DNA of 64,000 nt from Escherichia coli (GCF_030013205.1 NZ_CP122648.1); one strand, 5' to 3'. Positions 28,547 to 37,223 are shown, counted from the stretch's first letter. A program made the numbers and translations. The notes: a model not told the origin generated them from the sequence alone.

Positions 28547-29098
28547 ATGTTGCATTTAAAAAATATTACTGCAGGCCATCCGAAAACCGCAGAACAATAT
28601 CAGATGACAAAACAACATGGTATCACCTGGCTTTTTTCGGAAGATGACAAAAACTGGTATGAAGAGCTGAAAAATTTTGCCAGTGACACCATAAAAATGG
28701 TTTACACCGGAGACGGGCGCGTGGTGTGGGTCGGTAAGGATGTGACAGGCATTGAACCCCGTAACGCCAGTGTTATTGAAGTTCCTGATATTACCGCTAA
28801 CCGCCGTATTACCGTGCCTGGTTACTGGTTTTACCGCGACGATAAATTTGTCTTCGACTACAAACTTAAAGCGGAAGATGAGCGTGATGCCCTGTTACAA
28901 CAGGCCAGCATCATGACCAGCGAATGGGAAAAAGACCTGCTGCTGGGATTAATCAGTGACGAAGACAGGGAAAAACTGAAAGCATGCCGTATTTATGCAA
29001 AAGCACTACAGCAGATGACTTTCAGCCAGGTTACAGATAAAGCATCGTATGCCGCGATTGTATGGCCAGAATTACCGCAGAACATTAGCGAGAATTAA
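28547..29098 (+). CDS. Tail fibre assembly chaperone (P2 gpG-like)
   Basis: MLHLKNITAGHPKTAEQYQMTK...WYEELKNFASDTIKMVY... parallels the recalled P2 G N-terminus. Confidence 0.75.
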   Translation: MLHLKNITAGHPKTAEQYQMTKQHGITWLFSEDDKNWYEELKNFASDTIKMVYTGDGRVVWVGKDVTGIEPRNASVIEVPDITANRRITVPGYWFYRDDKFVFDYKLKAEDERDALLQQASIMTSEWEKDLLLGLISDEDREKLKACRIYAKALQQMTFSQVTDKASYAAIVWPELPQNISEN

Positions 29099-29104
29099 GA
29101 AGTA

Positions 29105-30397
29105 ATGAGCGCACTGTTGACGAAAGCATTTGAAAAGTGGGTTGCTGAATGCGCAGCCAGTAATTTACCTGCACGCCCTGACGCTATTATTTTTGCTCTG
29201 ATGGAGCGGGAACCAACGCGCGAAGATAATACCGTTCCGGAAGAAAAAATCACATATGCTGTGAATGAACTGACCTATGGCCAGTTAAACCCGAACAATA
29301 TTGTGTGTAGCGCGGTTGTTCCTGATGACTGTGCATTCAGCTATGACTGGATTTGCCTCATCCATCAGGCCAGTGGAACACTATGCGGCGTAATAAAAAC
29401 GTCTGTTCAACAAAAAGTAACAGGCGAGTCACTTATTCGTAATTTCACGATTATATACAGCGGCATTGCTCAGGCTGCGCAAATTACCGTTCCTCCACAG
29501 AGCTGGCAGGTGGATATTACCCCCGAGCTGAAATCAATGCTGAAAGCTCCTAACCGACTGTCAGAAATTGCAGCAGAGGGGGAAGAGGCGCAACAGGAAT
29601 CCCGAGACAATCTGGGGTTGAAAGGTGCTGCTTTGCTTGATGTTCAGAGCGATATCTACGACCGCACCGCAGGCCGTCTGGCGTTACCCGGTGCATTCGG
29701 ATACGGGCATTTATTCTCTTCGTCGGAAGTCGTGTATTTCAGCGCGCAAAATGGCCCCGCCGAATTTCTTAAATGGGTATTTGAGGTCACACCAGGGCGT
29801 TATGCGGTAACGCAGTACGGTGGTTCTGGTAATTGGTATAACCCCATCATTGCTTATGATGGGGGGAATGTATATTTCAGGGGGCTTGTAGATATAGAAA
29901 TACGAAGTGGAATGGCCACTAATGGCACCGAAAGCAATGGTCGGTGGGTAACCTTTCATGGCGATGCCGAATACACTGGCCAGTATGGTGAGGGGCCGGC
30001 TAAGTATCAGGTATTGGTTACAAAATCAATGTCTTCGGCGACACTTCCCGGGGCATGGTCGCGGCTATTCTGGTCACGCGACCGACTGAGACAACTGTTA
30101 TGTGCAGGAGATACTACATCACAGCGTGCTCCGCAACCGGGTAGCCTGGTTCTTGCCGCATACCTGCCAGATAGCGGCAGCAGTGATGTTGCGTTACTTC
30201 GTGTACAAGCTGTGCCGGGCTCAAGGCTCCGGCAGGTGGTCTTCGAAGCGGAGTACCGCAGCTCGGGATTTAGTGCCGCTGCCAGGTCGTTTGTCTATGG
30301 GAGTACCCTGCCTGGCACATACTTCGCTTTATCAGGAGGCCCGGATGTCACGTTTTATAATCGGGGACTGGTTTCTTTGTTTGTGAGGGCTACATGA
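29105..30397 (+). CDS. Tail fibre protein 2 (paralogous N-terminal domain, different C-terminus)
   Basis: N-terminal ~150 aa align with fibre 1 (PARPDAIIFAL vs PARPDTFVFAY; SLIRNFTIIY vs NLIRTFSMEF; WQVDITPEL vs WQIDFTARL). Confidence 0.6.
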   Translation: MSALLTKAFEKWVAECAASNLPARPDAIIFALMEREPTREDNTVPEEKITYAVNELTYGQLNPNNIVCSAVVPDDCAFSYDWICLIHQASGTLCGVIKTSVQQKVTGESLIRNFTIIYSGIAQAAQITVPPQSWQVDITPELKSMLKAPNRLSEIAAEGEEAQQESRDNLGLKGAALLDVQSDIYDRTAGRLALPGAFGYGHLFSSSEVVYFSAQNGPAEFLKWVFEVTPGRYAVTQYGGSGNWYNPIIAYDGGNVYFRGLVDIEIRSGMATNGTESNGRWVTFHGDAEYTGQYGEGPAKYQVLVTKSMSSATLPGAWSRLFWSRDRLRQLLCAGDTTSQRAPQPGSLVLAAYLPDSGSSDVALLRVQAVPGSRLRQVVFEAEYRSSGFSAAARSFVYGSTLPGTYFALSGGPDVTFYNRGLVSLFVRAT

Positions 30398-30969
30398 TGC
30401 AGATTAAAGATATTAAAAACCCTCGTTACCTGGAATCTGGCGCGATTGACTGCGAGGTGCTTTTGGAAGGGATGGATGAAGCCGTTCCCTACACAGCCAC
30501 GCCAGAAGACACAGCAACAACAGGCCAGAAAATTTGGCAGGAGCTGCAAAGCGGCAAATGGGGCGAAATCGCCCCGTTCACCGTCACGCCGGAACTTATC
30601 GCTGCGGCAAAAGATGCCAAAAAGCGGGAAATCGAGGCGTGGCGTACAGAACAGGAAGCACTGCCGTTCACGTTCGAATGGAACGGTCGCACCTGGAACG
30701 CTGGCCCCGACTCAATGGCCCGTCTTTATCCGGTAGTAATGGCGGCGAAATCTGACACGGCGCGGGACGTTATGGCGTGGGGTGACGTCGATAATCAACA
30801 GGTGAGACTGTCAATGCCGGAACTGGAAGAACTGGCGACAGCAATGGCGCAGGCACAGGTCGATCGCAATGACGAGATTTATCGCCGTCAGCGACAGATG
30901 AAGGACGTGCTGGATAGCCTTAATAATCTTGCCGACATCCGCGCTTTTCAGGCTGGAGAGTCAGAATGA
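30394..30969 (+). CDS. Second tail fibre assembly chaperone (putative)
   Basis: 191 aa directly downstream of fibre 2, overlapping its stop. Confidence 0.45.
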   Translation: MMQIKDIKNPRYLESGAIDCEVLLEGMDEAVPYTATPEDTATTGQKIWQELQSGKWGEIAPFTVTPELIAAAKDAKKREIEAWRTEQEALPFTFEWNGRTWNAGPDSMARLYPVVMAAKSDTARDVMAWGDVDNQQVRLSMPELEELATAMAQAQVDRNDEIYRRQRQMKDVLDSLNNLADIRAFQAGESE

Positions 30970-31679
30970 AATGGGAAAAGGCAATTCTGCGCCCGTCAGC
31001 CATGAACATTAAATGCTCTGTGGTTTGCCTTCATCCATGGTCAGAAAATACCGGAAACATCAAACCATCGGGGCGTTATCTCAGCCCCGAAAATGCTGTA
31101 TCTGCACTTTTACCCTATCTGAAAGAAAGCACAGAAAAAGACATTGTGGCGCTGTTGTTTTGCGCTCCTTCTGCTGGCGAGTTTTTATCACTCACCAGAC
31201 AATTTTCATGTGCATTTCCGTTGCCAGAGGTGGGACGAATGTCCCGCATGATATCCAGTCAGCTTTCGCTGGCCATCAGCAAAATGCAAATCCCCGCCAG
31301 ACCGGTAACAGCACTTCCGGAACCAATAACGCTGTCGACACAGACCACTCGCAGCATGTCACTGGCGGCAACCATTGCGCAGGCAGCCACTCCTGCCGCC
31401 ATATCACCGGAAACACTGTCATCATCACTGCGCCAGTTCATGAATGCGAGAGATAAAGCACTACAGGAAATCGCCGATCAGCAGGCCGCGCTCCGGCAGA
31501 AATTTTGCCCGGTGTGGCGTTTTTGCTGCAAAGGAGCCCTGAGCCAGGCCGCCGCGCTGATACAAAAAAACATTCCACACCCGGAGTGGGTTTTTACAGC
31601 TGTGATGCTGTTCGTCGGCGATGATCTCTCATCACTAAGGGAAGCACTACATGACCCAGATGATTGTCCTTGCGCTTGA
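30966..31679 (+). CDS. Hypothetical cysteine-rich protein
   Basis: 237-aa ORF with no recognisable structural-protein motif. Confidence 0.4.
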   Translation: MKWEKAILRPSAMNIKCSVVCLHPWSENTGNIKPSGRYLSPENAVSALLPYLKESTEKDIVALLFCAPSAGEFLSLTRQFSCAFPLPEVGRMSRMISSQLSLAISKMQIPARPVTALPEPITLSTQTTRSMSLAATIAQAATPAAISPETLSSSLRQFMNARDKALQEIADQQAALRQKFCPVWRFCCKGALSQAAALIQKNIPHPEWVFTAVMLFVGDDLSSLREALHDPDDCPCA

Positions 31680-32226
31680 CGGGGAAGCCATTCTGCTGCG
31701 CAACATCACCGTCAGCGCCACCATGCAACTACCGGACAAAGATATGTCCGGACAGTCAACCAGCACCACGAGCGCCCAGCAGGGAAACAAGGCTAAAGAG
31801 CTGCGCGTTTCGGGGGTTATTGATTTTAACGATGAAGCCATTCTGACCCGTATTTTTCAGCTTGCGGAAGCAACAGAAAGCAACGGCGCTAAAAAAACAT
31901 ATCGCATTGCTAACGCTACCGCGAAGGCAATCAATATGCGACAGGGGATATTTTCTGGTGGCATTGATGCCACGGAACAACAGGGAAAAATGCACTGGCA
32001 GGTCACCTTTACTCTCAGGGAAAAATTAAGCGTGCCAGAGAAAGCATCAGCACGTAGCGGTTCACAAAAAACCATCGCCAGACAGCAGACCCAGAATGGC
32101 AGCGAACAGGCACCAGACAAAGGCATGAATACGCAAAGTTCGTTCTGGAAAAAAATCAATGATGCCGTTGGCTCTGGTCTGGATGCTGTTGGCATCGGGA
32201 GCGTGAAAGAGGAAGGGAAAACATGA
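31651..32226 (+). CDS. Hypothetical protein
   Basis: 191-aa ORF between the fibre module and the spike gene. Confidence 0.4.
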   Translation: MTQMIVLALDGEAILLRNITVSATMQLPDKDMSGQSTSTTSAQQGNKAKELRVSGVIDFNDEAILTRIFQLAEATESNGAKKTYRIANATAKAINMRQGIFSGGIDATEQQGKMHWQVTFTLREKLSVPEKASARSGSQKTIARQQTQNGSEQAPDKGMNTQSSFWKKINDAVGSGLDAVGIGSVKEEGKT

Positions 32227-33920
32227 AATTGATACAACGCTGCATGATTAATGGCGAACGGGTGGAAATTGCCGATATAAGCCTTGTTCTTACCCTGAAT
32301 GCTGCCGGTCGTGGCTTCATTTCTGTTAACAATCTGTCATCCGAACACAGCCTTGCCGGCGCAATGGTACAAATTGATCTCGGTCGTGACGGTGAAGCAT
32401 GGCGCTATTTCTCCGGCTATATTGAGCGCGATCAACCTGCTGAAAATGGCTCACGTCGCCTTTTTATTCGTGAAGCGGCTGCTGTGCTGGATTTTGATTT
32501 CCCCTGCTCCATGCAACACCCGACGTTGCGGGAGGTACTCGATAATCTGGGGCGACAAAGCGGTATCGTTTTTATCACTCCGGATGCGGATTATGCCAGT
32601 ATACCAACTCCCTACATCACCCACAGCGGCAGCGGAGCACAACTGCTCAGCCAGCTGGGGCGAGCATTCAGTATCAACGATTACGTCTGGCACCCTATGC
32701 CGGACGGTTCTGTATTTGTGGGAAGTGCAGCTGATTCACGATTTGCCAGCATTACAATGCCGGATATTCCGCAACAGTACACACTCGGGCAAAGCGGCGG
32801 AAACAGCATCGACATCATGTTTATGGAAACTGTGCGACCGGGCGTGAACCTTCCGGCCGGGCGCATTACCCGTGTAGCCCTCAACAACGAGAAAATGACC
32901 CTGACATGGGAGCGCCTTACCGCCACGGGCAGCCCTGTCTCCAAATCACCATTACGCAGACAGATGGAAACACAGTTCCCGGAACTGGCCAGCGGCACAC
33001 TACACACCAGGCTGGCGCGCGTCATTGCACCAACGGAATCCGCCACCCTGGGCGATGTGGCCGACAGCTTCCGTCCACGCTACGCCGTGGACGTGCAACT
33101 GCTCGATGAGGACGGCAACGATAAAAGCGATACGCCTGTTTACCCGGCAGTCCCACTCCCCGTCCCGATGGCTGGTAGCGAGGCGGGATGTTTTGCCTAC
33201 CCGCCGGCAGGCACCATCGTGGAAATATCTAACATTGAAGGGCGCCCGGATAAACCTGTTATCAGGCAAATCTTACCTGCTGGCCATAACCTGCCTGATG
33301 TAAAGCCCGGCGAACAACTGCAGCAACAGCGCGCAGAAGTGTTTCAGCGCGTCACGACTGACGGAAGCTGGCACAGAGAAACAGACCAGCAAATCAGGGA
33401 GCAGTCAGCCACCCGCACAATTAACAGTGATGCAGAAGAGCGCACCACAACAACCAGAACAACCACAGTACGGGCAAACGACATAACCAGTGTTCTGGGA
33501 ACCAGCAAGCTGGCGGCAGGACAAATAGAGCACCTTACTACCGGCCATTACGCGATCGCAGCCAGCGAGCATATCCAGATGGTAGCGCAGGATTTGCTGA
33601 CTAAACTCAAAGGGGCAATATCCACAATTGAGCAGGACCTGACTGAAAACGTGGGAGGCCGCAGAACATGCCGGGCGGACGGCGGTCTGAAGTTTACAGC
33701 CCCGACAGTATTTATTGGTCGCGGTGGCTCACGGGAAAAATCCGAACTTAATCTGCTGACGTTGTTGATTGATATTCTGGATCTGATTCAATTGCTGGCC
33801 ACGCACACAGCAAACCACACCCACAGCAACACTGGCGCACCAATGAACAGCGGCGAACTTGCCGCAGATGCCCTGCAGGCTACGAGCCTGCGCGAAAAAT
33901 ACGGCGACCTTATCGCCTGA
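32223..33920 (+). CDS. Baseplate hub/central spike protein (putative)
   Basis: 565 aa; C-terminal ...LIDILDLIQLLATHTANHTHSNTG... carries HxH repeats like the metal-binding apex of phage central spikes. Confidence 0.45.
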   Translation: MKLIQRCMINGERVEIADISLVLTLNAAGRGFISVNNLSSEHSLAGAMVQIDLGRDGEAWRYFSGYIERDQPAENGSRRLFIREAAAVLDFDFPCSMQHPTLREVLDNLGRQSGIVFITPDADYASIPTPYITHSGSGAQLLSQLGRAFSINDYVWHPMPDGSVFVGSAADSRFASITMPDIPQQYTLGQSGGNSIDIMFMETVRPGVNLPAGRITRVALNNEKMTLTWERLTATGSPVSKSPLRRQMETQFPELASGTLHTRLARVIAPTESATLGDVADSFRPRYAVDVQLLDEDGNDKSDTPVYPAVPLPVPMAGSEAGCFAYPPAGTIVEISNIEGRPDKPVIRQILPAGHNLPDVKPGEQLQQQRAEVFQRVTTDGSWHRETDQQIREQSATRTINSDAEERTTTTRTTTVRANDITSVLGTSKLAAGQIEHLTTGHYAIAASEHIQMVAQDLLTKLKGAISTIEQDLTENVGGRRTCRADGGLKFTAPTVFIGRGGSREKSELNLLTLLIDILDLIQLLATHTANHTHSNTGAPMNSGELAADALQATSLREKYGDLIA

Positions 33921-33958
33921 GCTCCCGACATAAAACCCACATAAACGCCCCATCAAAC

Positions 33959-33985
33959 AACGCACGGTTCCGACCGTGCGTTTTT
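33959..33985 (+). terminator. Intrinsic terminator after the tail operon
   Basis: aacgcacggttccgaccgtgcgtttttc hairpin plus T-run. Confidence 0.6.
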
Positions 33986-34749
33986 CATATCCACCACCTG
34001 ATTAATGCGTTCTGCGTGCCATTCCGGCGCTGTATGCACACACCGCGTAAACGGTGTGACGTAAAGTGTGAGGTGACGTAAACCGCGCTACCCCCTCCAA
34101 CCCGCGGGTTTTGTGTCGAAACAGTTTTTCAGTTTTCTGCCGTGCAAAACTGACCGCCAGCCCGCGCAGCAACTGAGGAAAAAGCGAAGATCTGAAATTT
34201 CACGCTTTGAAATTTTTTGCAGTTTTCAGAGGGATTTTTACGATCTCATGAATGGCAGGAGAAAGAAAACAGGCTGATATTAAAAGAGTTTTCATACTTT
34301 ACGTGGGACAAGACGCGATCGCGAAAGGATCGCATCAAAAAATCTTCAAACAACGAAGCCAGACGCGGCGCGGCCTGCGTAAGATTGAGAGTCAAAATTA
34401 AACTGAAAAAAGGATCAATACCGCGCCTCGATCGCACATGACGATCTACGCAGCAACAGGACAAAAAAACCGGCGCGAACGCCGGCGGAAGCATGTATCA
34501 AATGCGTGACTGAATAATGTCTACGGTCGGGAATTTTATATCAAAAGGCTGACAGGCCTCAACGGATTGAAACAAGGGAAAAAACCAGGCTAGAATTCGC
34601 GCGGGTGCCTTTCGGCTGATGGTCGGAGGGAATACCCGAAGGCCGGATGTGGAAAGGCCCCGGAAAACATTTCTGTTTAACCGAGGCCCTAACATATCTA
34701 CCTTAAGCAAGTGATAGGTTAGCGCCTCTCCAACAAAGGAGCAAGCGCT

Positions 34750-34890
34750 ATGTCGCAAAAATCGCTTACGGCCATCACGTTCTGCGTGACGGTAATCCTC
34801 ATCATCTGGATGCTGCACGGCTCGCTGTGTGAAATACGGATGAGCTTCTGGGGAGCGGAGTTTGCGGCGTTCTTACAGTGTAAACAGTAA
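34750..34890 (+). CDS. Hok/Gef-family type I toxin (46 aa)
   Basis: MSQKSLTAITFCVTVILIIWMLHGSLCEIRMSFWGAEFAAFLQCKQ carries the Hok/Gef SLCEIR...AAF signature; long structured leader upstream; below the ORF-track cutoff. Confidence 0.65.
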   Translation: MSQKSLTAITFCVTVILIIWMLHGSLCEIRMSFWGAEFAAFLQCKQ

Positions 34891-35025
34891 GGAAACCGCG
34901 ACGGGGGAGCAATCCCCCGTCAATCGGTTGCCAGGGTATGGTCGAAGTGGCACCCAAATTTAAATTGAGGCCCACCAGTAAGAGTGGTGGGCTTAACGCT
35001 TATTTAAATTTGAAAGGAACTCTTT

Positions 35026-35322
35026 ATGAGTGAAATGGTATTTTGTCGCGGATGCGGCAAGGAAATACATAAAGATGCCACATCCTGCCCCAATTGTGGA
35101 GCACCTCAAAGAACAGCAAGTTCAAAAAGCAGAATGACAGCCGCACTACTGGCTTTCTTTTTAGGTGGTCTTGGAGCACACAAATTTTATTTAGGTAAAG
35201 TGGGGCAAGGATTCCTTTACCTTATTTTTTGCTGGACATTCATTCCGGCAATCGTGGCATTTATTGAGTTTTTTATCTATCTATGCACCTCTGATGAAGA
35301 CTTTGCCCGCAAATATGGCTAA
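35026..35322 (+). CDS. Zinc-ribbon plus TM2-domain membrane protein
   Basis: CRGCGKEIHKDATSCPNCGAP zinc ribbon followed by LLAFFLGGLGAHKFYLGKVGQGFLYL; AT-rich. Confidence 0.6.
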   Translation: MSEMVFCRGCGKEIHKDATSCPNCGAPQRTASSKSRMTAALLAFFLGGLGAHKFYLGKVGQGFLYLIFCWTFIPAIVAFIEFFIYLCTSDEDFARKYG

Positions 35323-35347
35323 TGCCTAGTGGGCGAATCAGAATGAC

Positions 35348-35382
35348 AAACCCGCAGCGTAAAAACTGCGGGTTTTCTTTTT
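35348..35382 (+). terminator. Intrinsic terminator after the TM2-domain gene
   Basis: aaacccgcagcgtaaaaactgcgggttttcttttt. Confidence 0.6.
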
Positions 35383-35429
35383 GCTACCCTCACAAATGAG
35401 GACACCATACATAAGCAATAGGCATAACA

Positions 35430-35464
35430 GATCGATGCAATAAATCCGATCGATAAAAACGATC
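35430..35464. promoter_or_regulatory. Cluster of three GATCGAT (Dam GATC) sites upstream of the com-like gene
   Basis: GATC at 35430-35433, 35448-35451 and 35461-35464, about 50-80 bp upstream of the com-like start. Confidence 0.4.
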
Positions 35465-35511
35465 GATTTGTTATCATATCGGCAGCAGTAACCACACAAG
35501 AGGTGCCGCAA

Positions 35512-35709
35512 ATGACGCAAAATGTACGATGCAAAAATTGCAACAAACTACTTGCCCGCGCCTCATTTCACTACATTGAAATAAAATGTCCGCGCTGCAA
35601 AACACTTAACCAGATAACGAGAGCCATCGAGCACCCCACACACATGAGGAGTTATGACCGTGGGGATCGCAATCCAGCACCAACCAGCACATATACCGGA
35701 ACACACTAA
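35512..35709 (+). CDS. com: Com-like zinc-finger translational regulator (phage Mu Com family, putative)
   Basis: MTQNVRCKNCNKLLARASFHYIEIKCPRCKTLNQITRAIEHPT vs recalled Mu Com MKSIRCKNCNKLLFKADSFDHIEIRCPRCK...CEHPT; AAGAGGTG RBS; overlaps the 5' end of the methyltransferase ORF. Confidence 0.6.
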   Translation: MTQNVRCKNCNKLLARASFHYIEIKCPRCKTLNQITRAIEHPTHMRSYDRGDRNPAPTSTYTGTH

Positions 35710-36460
35710 GGTTTATCAGACTGACAATGCCACGCTCTGTCGTGGGAATGCGCTGGAAATATTGCCGCTGATTGAGCCAGAAAGCATTGATGCCTTAATC
35801 ACTGACCCGCCTTACAGTTCGGGTGCGACACACAAGGCCGGACGCACCAACCAGGGCAGCCATGCAAAATATCTGAACGGCGAGAACCTTCACCGCTTTG
35901 ATGGGTTCGCTGGTGAAAACATGGACGCCCGTTCGTGGGCTTACTGGACACAATTATGGATGGCACAGGCACACCGTGCAGTCAGGCCGGGCGGTTATGC
36001 CCTGGTATTTACTGACTGGCGACAACTACCAGCTTTAACCGATGCGTTTCAGGCCAGTGGCTTTACATGGCGCGGCATCATTGCGTGGAACAAGGGGAGG
36101 GGGTCACGAACACCCCATACGGGGTATTTCAGGCATCAGTGCGAATACATCGTCTGGGGCAGCAAAGGCCATTTAGATAAATCGCCTTCGGGGCCGTTCG
36201 ACGGTTGCATGACGTACCCGGTTATCCCGTCAAAGAAAATGCACCCGACCGGAAAACCAGAAGAACTAATGGCGGAACTGGTCAGGACTGTGAATAGTGG
36301 CGGAACAGTCCTTGATCCTTTTATGGGGTCAGGGACAACGGGTGTGGCTGCACTGAAAGCAGGGCGAAAATTTATTGGTATAGAAACCAGTGATCATTAT
36401 TTTGAGGTAGCAGCGCAGCGGCTTCGAGAGACTATTACCACAACCATTTCGGCTACATAA
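35654..36460 (+). CDS. DNA amino-methyltransferase (N6-adenine or N4-cytosine; DPPY motif before the AdoMet motif)
   Basis: ...IDALITDPPYSSG... and ...VLDPFMGSGTTGVAALKAGRKFIGIE...; start lies inside the com-like ORF (ATG 35654, or GTG 35660). Confidence 0.8.
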   Translation: MTVGIAIQHQPAHIPEHTKVYQTDNATLCRGNALEILPLIEPESIDALITDPPYSSGATHKAGRTNQGSHAKYLNGENLHRFDGFAGENMDARSWAYWTQLWMAQAHRAVRPGGYALVFTDWRQLPALTDAFQASGFTWRGIIAWNKGRGSRTPHTGYFRHQCEYIVWGSKGHLDKSPSGPFDGCMTYPVIPSKKMHPTGKPEELMAELVRTVNSGGTVLDPFMGSGTTGVAALKAGRKFIGIETSDHYFEVAAQRLRETITTTISAT

Positions 36461-36562
36461 GACAAAGCCCACATTTTTTTGCGGGCTTGTATATCATTAC
36501 TGATGTGGACAGTTTGTGGATGTTTATAAGAAATAAGCTAATAGAAACAATTCGTTAGCTTT

Positions 36563-36589
36563 ACAAAAAACGCGCCCGAAGGCGCGTTG
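36563..36589. repeat. attR copy of the 27-bp direct repeat; doubles as the raiA intrinsic terminator
   Basis: acaaaaaacgcgcccgaaggcgcgttg; hairpin aacgcgcc-cgaa-ggcgcgtt plus T-run on the raiA strand. Confidence 0.65.
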
Positions 36590-36611
36590 GCGATACACTC
36601 AATATAAAGGA

Positions 36612-37007
<396 letters not shown>

Positions 37008-37223
37008 TCAAAATGTGTGATGGAAATCTCATAATTTTGTCACTTTTTGTCAACGAATCTTTTTTGTGAGAAATCGCAGGAAGAGGTGTTTTTTTACTTG
37101 AGGAATATCTCAAAGCGAGCCATATTTGATGAGATCGATAGTGACTAAATCGCTTCAGTTTCACAACTGACAGAATAAAAAAACGGCAGCTCAAGGGCTG
37201 CCGTTTTGTGTTTCAGGTTTCTG

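Larger units (their letters stand above)
1933..36589. mobile_element. Integrated P2-like (mosaic) prophage, ~34.7 kb, inserted in the raiA terminator between pheL and raiA
   Basis: Flanking 27-bp direct repeats; P2-like int, C, gpA and head genes plus a tail, lysis and accessory module; in K-12 pheL and raiA are adjacent (recalled). Confidence 0.8.

Noticed and set aside
26616-30969. Invertible host-range segment (Mu G / P1 C-type shufflon) around the tail-fibre genes
   Set aside because: Both fibre genes and both chaperones are co-oriented and complete; no nearby DNA invertase gene and no inverted crossover repeats were seen.
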